Source of the DNA: Candidatus Hydrogenedentota bacterium
GTDB taxonomy: Bacteria; Hydrogenedentota; Hydrogenedentia; Hydrogenedentales; SLHB01
Assembly: GCA_963745075.1 (NCBI GenBank)
Contig: CAVUWV010000014.1
Location: forward strand, 192,001 to 256,000
DNA length: 64,000 nucleotides
Direction of reading: 5' to 3'
Part shown: piece by piece, positions 9,272 through 18,406 of the stretch
How positions within the stretch are numbered: the stretch's first letter is position 1
How the letters are laid out: each line of letters begins with the position of its first letter
The notes under the pieces: model-generated
What the model was told of the DNA's origin: nothing
Seen by the model: the letters and a program-made list of their open reading frames with translations, nothing else
The model's database searches: none
Translations under genes and position numbers: made by a program

Positions 9272-10156
9272 TTACACGGCCCGGACCCGATTTTGCGCAA
9301 ACGCAGTTTTCATCAATTCCTCGGAGCGATACGAACTCCGTACAAAAGGCCCCGCCACGGCGAAGGCGAAACCGAATTCGTAGGCCCGTTCCTCGTAGGC
9401 GTTGAATTGGTCGGGTGTTACGTAGTCCGCCACTTCCCGCTGTTTGCGGCTGGGGCGCAGGTATTGTCCGATGCAAACCGCCTCGCACCCCGCATCCCGG
9501 AGGTCGTGGAGCGTTTGGTCGACTTCCTTCGGGGTTTCTCCGTGCCCAACCATCATGGCGGACTTCACGATTGCGGCTCCCGGGTGTCGGGACGCATGGC
9601 TAAGTATGCCAAGCGCTTCGCCGTAGGTGCAGCGTTTCCCGCGAATGGTGGCGTAAAGCCGCTCAACCGTCTCAATATTGTGGCCGAACACATCCGGGCC
9701 TGCGTCCAAGACGATGTCCACGGGATCGGCCTCTCCCATGAAGTCCGGCGTGAGCACTTCAACCGTCGTGTTTGGGCTCAGACGCCGGATCGCGCGGATC
9801 GTCTCGGCAATGTGTGTCGCGCCGCCATCGGGCAGGTCATCGCGCGTAACTGACGTGATAACAGCATGTTTCAGCTTCATTTTCGCGATGGCCTCGGCAA
9901 CGTGCTCCGGTTCGTGGGCATCGACGCCCTCCGGTTTCCCGCCGGGAACCGAGCAGAACCGGCAGCTCCGCGTGCAGGTGTTACCCAGAATCATGAGCGT
10001 GGCAGTCCGCCGCTGCCAGCATTCGGCCATGTTCGGGCACCGCGCGCTTTGGCAAACGGTATGCAGATCCAGCCCTTCTACCAAGTCCTTGGTGAAGCTG
10101 AAATCTCGTCCCGATGCCCAAGGCCGGCGGATCCATTCCGGGAAACGTTGTGCCAT
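9272..10156 (-). CDS. lipA: lipoyl synthase
   Basis: CQSARCPNMAEC (CX4CX5C), CTRSCRFC radical-SAM motif, C-terminal RSSY. Confidence 0.95.
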   Translation of the reverse strand: MAQRFPEWIRRPWASGRDFSFTKDLVEGLDLHTVCQSARCPNMAECWQRRTATLMILGNTCTRSCRFCSVPGGKPEGVDAHEPEHVAEAIAKMKLKHAVITSVTRDDLPDGGATHIAETIRAIRRLSPNTTVEVLTPDFMGEADPVDIVLDAGPDVFGHNIETVERLYATIRGKRCTYGEALGILSHASRHPGAAIVKSAMMVGHGETPKEVDQTLHDLRDAGCEAVCIGQYLRPSRKQREVADYVTPDQFNAYEERAYEFGFAFAVAGPFVRSSYRSEELMKTAFAQNRVRAV

Positions 10157-10411
10157 GTTTCGAGCAAAACCTCGCTTGGCGTGTCGACAAAACACACGCC
10201 GTCCGGCTAGTATAGCATTTGTCGAAGGGCGATAGAAAGTTTCAGGCTGGTTTCGAGCATCACAGAAACGTGTTCCAGCGCAGGAGTGGCCCAGTTTGGG
10301 TTTAATATGGCGGGTCTCAGACAAGTTGCGATCCGAACCGGGAATATTGCGAAGCTATTGCTCTGGAATGAGTTAAGCCCAAGCTGTGTGAATTCATGTG
10401 AAGGAGGATCA

Positions 10412-10657
10412 TTGAGCGCAGAGAAAGGAGGCGGTGAGCAGCAGGACTCGGCTTTCGTCGAGATCCCATCGGACTGGCTCGCTGAATTCGAGGCCGCGGC
10501 GCGCCGGCCGCTGGAGACCCGGCTGAAGTATGCCTTTGTTCACACCTACAAGCCCGTTTTGGATGACGAACCCTATCGCTCCTTCGATACCATGGCGGAA
10601 TATCGCCAATGGTGTAACGAGAATCTGCCGGATTGGCTGGGATATGGCAGCGTTTGA
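10412..10657 (+). CDS. small hypothetical protein coupled to the nucleotidyltransferase
   Basis: TTG start after AAGGAGG; 81 aa; 3' end overlaps the next gene's start. Confidence 0.7.
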   Translation: MSAEKGGGEQQDSAFVEIPSDWLAEFEAAARRPLETRLKYAFVHTYKPVLDDEPYRSFDTMAEYRQWCNENLPDWLGYGSV

Positions 10658-11114
10658 CTACCGTCAGGCGGAAGAGATTCGCGACGCGTTCGCGCGTCAC
10701 GGAGTTCGCTATCTTTTCATCGGCAAGTCGGGCGCAATACTCCTTGGATATCCCGACACAACGCAAGACGCGGACCTGTTCGCGGAGAAATCCCCGGAGA
10801 ACGGCCGCGCGATCGTAGCTGCACTTCGTGAACTCGACTTCGCACTCTCCGATACGCACGCCGCCGAAATCGAGCGAGGTAAGGATTTTGTGCAGCTAAA
10901 AGACGGCCCTTTCGATCTCGATCTCGTCTTTGCGCCCGACGGTATCGAACGATTTGAAGATGCCTGGCGACGGCGTGTCGAGGTTGAAGGGTTTCCCGTC
11001 TGTCATCTGGACGATATTATCGCCAGTAAAGAAGCCTCAAGACGCACCAAGGACCTAGAGTCACTGCCGCGATTGCGGTCGTTCCGGGCCTATTGGCTGA
11101 AACATCATACATAG
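10644..11114 (+). CDS. Pol-beta superfamily nucleotidyltransferase (DUF6036-like)
   Basis: YLFIGKSGAILLGYPDTTQDADLF (G..A...G....T.D.D), DLDLVF, LDDIIASKEASRRTKDLESL. Confidence 0.8.
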   Translation: MAAFDYRQAEEIRDAFARHGVRYLFIGKSGAILLGYPDTTQDADLFAEKSPENGRAIVAALRELDFALSDTHAAEIERGKDFVQLKDGPFDLDLVFAPDGIERFEDAWRRRVEVEGFPVCHLDDIIASKEASRRTKDLESLPRLRSFRAYWLKHHT

Positions 11115-11163
11115 ATCTCGTCCGTCACACTTGGTGTACGGGAAAGCCTTACGGGGGAAACCT

Positions 11164-12531
11164 ATGAACAAGTCTGTAGCGGTGGCCATCTGGACACTCG
11201 CACTTATCGTTTCACGTTCGATCGCGGCCGCGGCCGTGGCTTTGTCTGCGAACGCGCCAAATCCGGACGCCGTCGCCGAAGTCGCCGCGGGCACACGGAC
11301 CGACGCAGACGCAGCGTGGTGGGGGTTCAATAAGGATGACGCGACGGACACCCTGCAATCCGCCATCGATTCCGGCGCGAAGAAGGTCGTGGTCCCCTAC
11401 ATGGGCGCACCTTGGATGGTTCGCCCGCTCACCTTGCGCAGCAATCTGGAGTTGGTCTTCGAGCCCGGTGTGTTGGTCCTGGCGAAGCAGGGCGAGTTCA
11501 AGGGCAAGGGCGATTCCCTGTTCCGCGCCTCGAACCAGACCGATATCACCATTCGTGGATACGGCGCCACGTTGCGCATGCGGAAGAAAGATTACCAGAG
11601 CGCGGACTACGAAAAAGCGGAATGGCGGATGGGGTTTTCGTTTACGGGATGCAAACGGATCCTGGTCGAGGGGGTCCGGGTCGAAAGCTCCGGCGGCGAC
11701 GGGTTCTATCTCGGCGCAACGAAGGACAACCCGTGGTGCGAAGACGTTACGCTGCGGGACTGCGTCTGTCGTGACAACCATCGACAAGGATTGAGCGTCA
11801 TCAGCGCGCAAAATTTGTTGGTCGAGAACTGTGAGTTTTCCGGCACGAAAGGCACCGCCCCGGAAGCCGGTATCGATCTCGAGCCGAACGGCGACAACGA
11901 ACGTCTCGTGAATTGCGTCATTCGCAACTGCGTGATGCAAGACAACGCGGGCAGCGGGATTCTGCTCTATCTCAAACCGCTGTCCAGCGCCAGCGAACCG
12001 GTGTCGATCCGATTCGAAAACTGCGTCGTCCGCATGGGTACTCCCGGCATGACGATGGAAGACTTCACCGATATCGATATGAAGGGGGCGGCCGGGATTA
12101 CCATTGGTGCATTAGGCGACGATGGACCGCAGGGGCAGATTGAGTTTGTCAATTGCACGACCGAAAACACGGCGGAAGAATGCGTGTTGCTTTACGAGAA
12201 ATCCGCCAAGAGCGCATTGGTCCGGTTCGAGAACTGCAATTTCAAACAGCCGTGGTTGTCTGCCAACCGCGGATACAGCGGCGTGCGCATGCCGATTCTG
12301 CTTAAGGGCGAGCGGCCGAAGGTAGCCGTCGATCTTGGCGGCATTGTATTTGAAAACTGTCACGTGTATGACGCCGTGCGCCGGCCCGCCATCGCGTACG
12401 TTCCGGGGCCGGAGGGTATCAGCTTGCGGGACGTAAGCGGTACCATCATTGCCCACAGTCCCGTGCAGGCGAAAGCGCAGTTCGATGCGAAAACCACGGA
12501 CATCTCGCTAAAGGTCGTCGCTGCTGAGTGA
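11164..12531 (+). CDS. secreted right-handed parallel beta-helix protein (pectate-lyase-like fold)
   Basis: Signal peptide; DATDTLQSAIDSGA, SSGGDGFYL, DNHRQGLSVIS, GIDLEPN repeats. Confidence 0.85.
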   Translation: MNKSVAVAIWTLALIVSRSIAAAAVALSANAPNPDAVAEVAAGTRTDADAAWWGFNKDDATDTLQSAIDSGAKKVVVPYMGAPWMVRPLTLRSNLELVFEPGVLVLAKQGEFKGKGDSLFRASNQTDITIRGYGATLRMRKKDYQSADYEKAEWRMGFSFTGCKRILVEGVRVESSGGDGFYLGATKDNPWCEDVTLRDCVCRDNHRQGLSVISAQNLLVENCEFSGTKGTAPEAGIDLEPNGDNERLVNCVIRNCVMQDNAGSGILLYLKPLSSASEPVSIRFENCVVRMGTPGMTMEDFTDIDMKGAAGITIGALGDDGPQGQIEFVNCTTENTAEECVLLYEKSAKSALVRFENCNFKQPWLSANRGYSGVRMPILLKGERPKVAVDLGGIVFENCHVYDAVRRPAIAYVPGPEGISLRDVSGTIIAHSPVQAKAQFDAKTTDISLKVVAAE

Positions 12532-12640
12532 GCGTGCGCCGGCCGTTCCTGTACTGTGTATTCTGCTGCCCTGTAGTAAGTTACGGCGTCATAATCTCTT
12601 GACTTCTCGCGTCGGCTATGATAGCGTTTGGTAACGGCTC

Positions 12641-13621
12641 ATGGTGTTGCGGACCGCCAGCCGTAAAGCTCGGAGGGTACAGGTGCGGCTCATTGAGGAA
12701 CAACCCCTTACTACTCGGGCGGCGAAGAAGGCTCCAGAGGTTCTCGTTGTAGGAGGTGGCAAGGGAGGTGTGGGGAAGACCTGCTTCTCCGTCAATATCG
12801 CCGTCGAAATCGCGCGCAAGGGATGGCGGGTTGTGCTCGTCGACGCCGATCTCAGTTGTTCCAATGTCGAAACCGTCCTCGGCGTGCAGTCCACGTCCAA
12901 ACTCGACGATTTTTTCTACCAGCGGGGCGGGAAAGACATCCGCGCCATTCTCACCGAGACCCAGTACGAAAACCTCAGCCTTATTCCGGGCACGACGGGC
13001 CTGCTCGACGTGGCCAATCCCAAGTACCAGCAGAAAGTCGCGTTCATCCGGGAACTTGGCCAGCTCGACGCGGATCTAATCATCGTCGATCTTGACGCGG
13101 GCGCCCATTTGAATACGCTGGACTTCTTTCTCATGACGGATACGAACGGCGTATTGGTGATTACGCCAGAGAAGACCAGTATCGACAATGCGTTTAAGTT
13201 TCTTCGGGCGGCACTGTTCCGGAAGATCGAGCGGTTTTATCAGAGTCCGGAGGTCGCCATGTTGCTCAAACGCAATCGAACCGTGCGCGAGTTCATCGAC
13301 AGCGTGCGGGGTTCCGACATCTTCGAGGAGAAGACGCGTAAACGGGTTTGTGGCGAGATCGTTTCCATTGCGCGCTCCATCAAACCCAAAATCGTCGTGA
13401 ACCGCGCGCGCAACGCCTATGAAGCCCAAATTGCCGCGAATATCTTGTCGAAATTTGCGCGCCAGCAGTTGATGGTCGACCCCGAGAATCTCGGGTTCTT
13501 GTACTTTGATAAGTGCGTTCCGGAGGCGATAAACTGCGGGACGCCATTCGTCGTGAGTCACCCCAGGCAAAAGGTAACGGCATGTGTGGCCGATATCGCT
13601 AACCGACTTGGATACTTCTAA
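12641..13621 (+). CDS. MinD/FlhG(FleN)-family P-loop ATPase
   Basis: Deviant Walker A GGGKGGVGKT, LVDADL, IIVDLDAG, VITPEKTSIDNAF; exact start uncertain. Confidence 0.85.
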   Translation: MVLRTASRKARRVQVRLIEEQPLTTRAAKKAPEVLVVGGGKGGVGKTCFSVNIAVEIARKGWRVVLVDADLSCSNVETVLGVQSTSKLDDFFYQRGGKDIRAILTETQYENLSLIPGTTGLLDVANPKYQQKVAFIRELGQLDADLIIVDLDAGAHLNTLDFFLMTDTNGVLVITPEKTSIDNAFKFLRAALFRKIERFYQSPEVAMLLKRNRTVREFIDSVRGSDIFEEKTRKRVCGEIVSIARSIKPKIVVNRARNAYEAQIAANILSKFARQQLMVDPENLGFLYFDKCVPEAINCGTPFVVSHPRQKVTACVADIANRLGYF

Positions 13622-13623
13622 TC

Positions 13624-14355
13624 GTGCTAGACAGAACCGATCCTAAACGTACTCCCCCGGCGCGGCCTCAACAACCCGAAGTTTCGCCTCAGGACATCCC
13701 CGACACGTATGAGGCCATGGAAGAAGCCGGCCGGAGGGGTTCGGGACTCTTCGGCCGAATGAACCAGGCATTCCAGGAGGCGTTGCACACGAGCCGCGGA
13801 CCCGGAAGCACGCGCGACGCCGTAGAGGAAGCAGGAGGGAATCCATCTGTGACCGCTGACGATTTGGCCATCCGCCGCGCGCGAAACGTGAAACTGCAAC
13901 GGATGGTGGTGCCGGAAGGGGTCATCATTGAAGGCAATCTCACGAGCGGTTCGGAAACGGAGATCGCAGGCAAGATCGATGGGAACGTTACGGTCGATGG
14001 CCGGCTGTACCTCGCGCCGAGCGCCCTCATTTCCGGTAACGTGCGCGCTACGACCTGCCGCGTTGATGGCATGGTAGAAGGCAAGGTGGACTGCACCCAG
14101 GACCTCGAGTTGGGCAAAAGCGGACGACTTAGCGCGGACGCCATGGGAGGCAAAGAGGTTACGCTGGCAGGGCAGGTTTTTGGGGACATCTCCAGCGGCG
14201 GCATCGCACGGATGCTTGCATCGGCCAAGGTCAACGGCAATATTCGGGCGCGGCGTATTGTTATCGAGGAAGGCGCGCTGTTCAATGGAACCTGCACGAT
14301 GCGGACCCCCGCACAGCGCGGCGAGAAACAGAAGAAAGAAGACTCTGGCAGTTAA
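13624..14355 (+). CDS. bactofilin (polymer-forming cytoskeletal protein)
   Basis: Beta-solenoid repeats (VIIEGNL, GKIDGNV, GMVEGKV) ending IEEGALFNGTCTM; low-complexity N-terminus. Confidence 0.9.
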   Translation: MLDRTDPKRTPPARPQQPEVSPQDIPDTYEAMEEAGRRGSGLFGRMNQAFQEALHTSRGPGSTRDAVEEAGGNPSVTADDLAIRRARNVKLQRMVVPEGVIIEGNLTSGSETEIAGKIDGNVTVDGRLYLAPSALISGNVRATTCRVDGMVEGKVDCTQDLELGKSGRLSADAMGGKEVTLAGQVFGDISSGGIARMLASAKVNGNIRARRIVIEEGALFNGTCTMRTPAQRGEKQKKEDSGS

Positions 14356-14368
14356 GGAGTGACAAGTC

Positions 14369-15094
14369 GTGCTGTTGTATCCCATGTACTTTCAATGGAT
14401 CTGGGTTCTTATCCCCGGAGTGATCTTGTCCGCGTGGGCGCAATACAAAGTGAAGTCCACGTACCAGAAGTTCGCTCAGATTGGAACGCGCTCGGGGATG
14501 ACTGGCGCGGAAGTCGCCCAGCACATTATGAACGATGCCGAGGTGAAAGTCTCCGGCCAGCCCAACGGATACGTCCACGGGATTTCCTGTCCCATCAACC
14601 TCGTCCCCGGCGAATTAACGGACCACTACGATCCGCGCAGCCGCACGCTCAATCTTTCGGAGAGCGTCTACCACGGGCGTAGCATCGCGGCACTGGGTGT
14701 CGCCGCACACGAAGTGGGTCACGCAATCCAACACGCGAACGCCTATTCGGCGCTGATGTGGCGCAACGCGATCTATCCCATGACGAGTATTAGTTCGACC
14801 TTATCTTGGCCGTTGCTGTTTGGCGGATTCATCTTCGGTTTTTCGCCGTTGATCAACATTGGCATTGCGTTGTTCTCGATCGCGGTGCTCTTTACGCTCA
14901 TCACACTTCCCGTTGAGTTCGATGCGAGCAAGCGCGCCATTCGCGCCTTGGCATCGGGAGGATACCTTGCCGAAGACGAAGTCGCGGGTGCGCGCAAGGT
15001 TTTGACAGCCGCCGCGCTAACGTACGTCGCCGCAGCAGCGATGGCCGTTTTGCAACTGCTGCGCTTGTTACTTATTGCCCGTGGCCGGGATTAG
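14369..15094 (+). CDS. membrane zinc metallopeptidase (YugP/Zn_peptidase_2 family)
   Basis: LTDHYDPR, AAHEVGHAIQH (HEXXH), TLPVEFDASKRA, AAALTYVA. Confidence 0.92.
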   Translation: MLLYPMYFQWIWVLIPGVILSAWAQYKVKSTYQKFAQIGTRSGMTGAEVAQHIMNDAEVKVSGQPNGYVHGISCPINLVPGELTDHYDPRSRTLNLSESVYHGRSIAALGVAAHEVGHAIQHANAYSALMWRNAIYPMTSISSTLSWPLLFGGFIFGFSPLINIGIALFSIAVLFTLITLPVEFDASKRAIRALASGGYLAEDEVAGARKVLTAAALTYVAAAAMAVLQLLRLLLIARGRD

Positions 15095-15152
15095 TCGCAC
15101 GCCGGGCATCACGTTCGCAATGCGGTGCGACTATGGTAAGAGTTTGAGTTTC

Positions 15153-16271
15153 ATGCCCCTGATTCGCGTCATCGGTATTGTCACGCTTGCATCTCTTACC
15201 GCGTTCGCGGCTGACTTGGCCCCCGTCGAGACCCAGGCCGACGGCACCGCCGCCGGGCTCGGTCCCGCAGCTCGCGGCGCGGCCATTCGGAACGCCCAAG
15301 CCAACATCGTGGTCAACCGCTTGGAGATCTTGGCTCCAACGCGGGACTTCTCACTCTTCGCATCGATTGTGGAGAACCCGGAACGCTACGTTCCCGCGTA
15401 CCGCGTCATCCGTGAGGATACGACCGACAACGCCACGACGGTCGAAATTGCGGGGGAGGTTCTTGACGCCAAACTCAGGCGGGATGCGGCAAAACGTATC
15501 CTCGAAAGCCACGCGCAGAAACCCCGCGTAATTCTCATGGTCGACGAACGCATTGCACCCGATGAACCTCGCGCATTGAAAGACAAAGGCGTGGCCGAAG
15601 ACGCCATCGCCGAAAAACTTCGCGACGCCAAGTTTGACGTCGTGGATTCGCGCGAACTCCTCGCGAAGAATTCGGAAGCCGACTTGCGCCAATTTCTTGG
15701 CGGCAGCCCGGGTCTCCTGAGCGAACTGGCTCGTACGCATCTCGCCGACATCGTCATCGTCGGCAATGCATCGGCGCTGCTGGAAGGCGGCGCAGACGGG
15801 AAGTCGGGGCTCCATCGACTGCATGCGAAGGTCGATCTGCGCGTCATACGCGCCGCCGATGCCTACGAGTTGGATGACGTAAAGACCGAAGCCGTCCTGT
15901 TCAGCGCGGACGTCCGTGAAGGCGGCGCGTTGTGCGTAACCGACGCGTGCGACAAAGCTGCGCCCGCGCTGGTTGATGCGGCCGCGTTAGGAATGCTGGG
16001 CGGAACCCCGCAGGACAAGGTCTATCTCACGATAGAAGGGCTGGAAGGCAAAGCGCAGTTGGATCAGATTCTCGCGACCATCCAAGCGGTTCCCGGCGTT
16101 GATTCCGTGGATCAAATGTATACGTCGGACGTGATGGTACGGTTGGCAGTGGCCTACTCGGGATCGATGACGCCCTTCGTCGATGCGCTTTCCCGCGGAA
16201 AGTACGACGGACGTTACCTTCATATTAGGAGCGTCGTCAATCGCGATATGACCGTGCAAATCCGGCGATAG
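15153..16271 (+). CDS. exported protein, possibly with FlgT N-terminal-like domain
   Basis: Signal peptide; ADGTAAG...ARGAAIRNA start and KPRVILMVDE; family similarity judged by eye. Confidence 0.5.
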   Translation: MPLIRVIGIVTLASLTAFAADLAPVETQADGTAAGLGPAARGAAIRNAQANIVVNRLEILAPTRDFSLFASIVENPERYVPAYRVIREDTTDNATTVEIAGEVLDAKLRRDAAKRILESHAQKPRVILMVDERIAPDEPRALKDKGVAEDAIAEKLRDAKFDVVDSRELLAKNSEADLRQFLGGSPGLLSELARTHLADIVIVGNASALLEGGADGKSGLHRLHAKVDLRVIRAADAYELDDVKTEAVLFSADVREGGALCVTDACDKAAPALVDAAALGMLGGTPQDKVYLTIEGLEGKAQLDQILATIQAVPGVDSVDQMYTSDVMVRLAVAYSGSMTPFVDALSRGKYDGRYLHIRSVVNRDMTVQIRR

Positions 16272-16280
16272 CGCGCCGCG

Positions 16281-17780
16281 TCAATTCATCGGGCGGCTGT
16301 GCCCTTCGGCCTTGTACCGGTCGAGTAAAGCGGTGAGCTGCGCGACGATCTCCGGGTGTTGCCCCCAGAGGTTTTGCTGCTCCTTGGGATCCTGGTCGAG
16401 ATCGAACAGTTGCCCCTGAGGTCCATCGTCCGCCGGTTCGGCAAAGACCGGCTTCGTGTTGCCCCCCGATCCCAATCCCAGTATGAGTTTCCATCGTCCT
16501 CGCCGAATCGCAAACATCCCCCGTCCGGAATGATGCACGACGGCCTCGCGGATTGAGTGCGCGAGGGGTTCGTTCAGCAACGCGGGAAGGATGTTATAAC
16601 TGTCTTCTCCGGCGTCGTTGGGGACACTCCAATCGGTTAACGCGGCGCACGTCGCAAGTAAATCCGTGAGGCAGACAATCTCATTGGTTCTTGTGCCGGG
16701 CGCAATCTTTCCGGGCCAGCGCGCGATCATCGGAACGCGATGGCCGCCGTCCCACACGTCGGACTTTTGACCGCGCCGGCCGTAATTGGCGAGATGGTCG
16801 AACTGCGCGATGTCCGTCGTCTTCCACCGGGCGCCGTTGTCGCTTGTGACGATCAGGAGCGTATTGTCGCTTAGTCCCGCCTCATCGAGGGCATTCACGA
16901 CTTGACCAACGCTTGCATCCACTTGGGTGACGAAGTCGCCGTACCACCCGGCCTTGCTCTTGCCATGGAATTCCTTGGTCGGCATCCACGGCAGGTGCGG
17001 CGCGGTGAGGGGGAAGTAAAGGAAAAAGGGTGACGGAGCCTGCGCTTGTTCTTCGATGTAGTCGACCGCCTTTTCGGTGATGCGCGGCAACACGTCCTCA
17101 TGGCGGAAACCCGGCGCCGCGGCCCCTTCGCGCCAGAACCCGGACCCGCCTTCGCGCCGCTGCTTGCCCGCCGACATCGTCTCGTTGGCCGGTGCGATGG
17201 GGTGATCGTTCTCAATGAAGACATAGGGCGGCATATCCAACGACGCGGCGATCCCGAAGAAATAATCGAAACCGAGATCCACCGGGCCCGGATGCAGGGG
17301 GTGGTCGTATTCGGTCGGTTCCTTGTCCCCAAGACCGAGATGCCATTTTCCGATACAGGCCGTGTGATACCCGCGCTGCTTTAACAGCGACGCAACGGTC
17401 AGACGGCCCGGCTCGATCAGGGCACGCGAATAGCCGTTCAGCACGCCTTGCTTTAGCCTCGACCGCCAACAGTACCGGCCCGTCAAGACTCCGTATCGCG
17501 TGGGCGTGCACACGGCCGATGGGGTGTGGCATTCGCTGAACGTAATCCCTTCCCCCGCGAGCCGGTCCATGACGGGCGTTGGAATTTTCGATTCCGGATT
17601 CGTACACGAGAGGTCCCCGTAGCCCATGTCGTCCGCCATGATGAAGACAATGTTAGGGTACTTTGTCGATTTCACTGCCGCGTCGCTCCTCAATCCAAAA
17701 ACCATGGGAGCCGATGCCGCCGCTGCCGCGTACAGAAACTCCCTCCGGCTCCACTCACGCATACGTGCTGTTACCCCCAT
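16281..17780 (-). CDS. arylsulfatase (Cys-type), Tat-exported
   Basis: SRREFL Tat motif, PNIVFIMADDMGYGD, CTPTRYGVLTGRY, GKWHLG, SDNG. Confidence 0.95.
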   Translation of the reverse strand: MGVTARMREWSRREFLYAAAAASAPMVFGLRSDAAVKSTKYPNIVFIMADDMGYGDLSCTNPESKIPTPVMDRLAGEGITFSECHTPSAVCTPTRYGVLTGRYCWRSRLKQGVLNGYSRALIEPGRLTVASLLKQRGYHTACIGKWHLGLGDKEPTEYDHPLHPGPVDLGFDYFFGIAASLDMPPYVFIENDHPIAPANETMSAGKQRREGGSGFWREGAAAPGFRHEDVLPRITEKAVDYIEEQAQAPSPFFLYFPLTAPHLPWMPTKEFHGKSKAGWYGDFVTQVDASVGQVVNALDEAGLSDNTLLIVTSDNGARWKTTDIAQFDHLANYGRRGQKSDVWDGGHRVPMIARWPGKIAPGTRTNEIVCLTDLLATCAALTDWSVPNDAGEDSYNILPALLNEPLAHSIREAVVHHSGRGMFAIRRGRWKLILGLGSGGNTKPVFAEPADDGPQGQLFDLDQDPKEQQNLWGQHPEIVAQLTALLDRYKAEGHSRPMN

Positions 17781-17783
17781 GCG

Positions 17784-18200
17784 TTAATCGCCGGTTACCG
17801 TCACTACGATCCGGCGGTTGCGCGGTTTTACGTCGCATTCCAAGTGAAAGATCTGCTGCCAGGTGCCGAGTACCAGGCCGCCGTTGCGAATCGGAATCGT
17901 TACCGACGGCCCGGCGAGGCTCGCCTGCAAATGGCTGTGCCCGTTTCCGTCGTGCCACGTTTGCTCGTGGCCGTATCCGCGGCTGGGCGGGATCAACCGG
18001 TCCAGCATTTCCGGGTAGTCGCCTTGCAACCCCGGCTCGAACTCGATCGTTCCGATGGTCGCCGTGCTGCCGATATTGAAGACGTGCACGATCCCCGTCT
18101 GAATCCGAGAGCGTCCCACAATATCTTCCACCTGCGAGGTGATGTCATGGATCGCGCCATGCCCGCTGGTGCGTATCGATAAGTCTTCCTGATAGGTCAC
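17784..18200 (-). CDS. yjbQ: YjbQ/UPF0047 family protein
   Basis: GSTATIGTIEFEPGL, YGHEQTWHDGNGHSHLQASL, LVLGTWQQIF. Confidence 0.9.
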   Translation of the reverse strand: MTYQEDLSIRTSGHGAIHDITSQVEDIVGRSRIQTGIVHVFNIGSTATIGTIEFEPGLQGDYPEMLDRLIPPSRGYGHEQTWHDGNGHSHLQASLAGPSVTIPIRNGGLVLGTWQQIFHLECDVKPRNRRIVVTVTGD

Positions 18201-18406
18201 TGCATAAACTCCCGCACCTGACAGCGGTCCGCAATATCGAGCCGCTGAAAGATGTTTCCCCTAATACATCGTTCCGACTGATCCATTCAGCATAGGAGCC
18301 AGTTTGGTGCCAGTCAAGAGCAACTTGTTACTGGCCTCGATCATACGTACACTAACGCACTTTGTGGCATTTCCAATACTCGGCTTAACTCGGACCACCA
18401 AGGATC

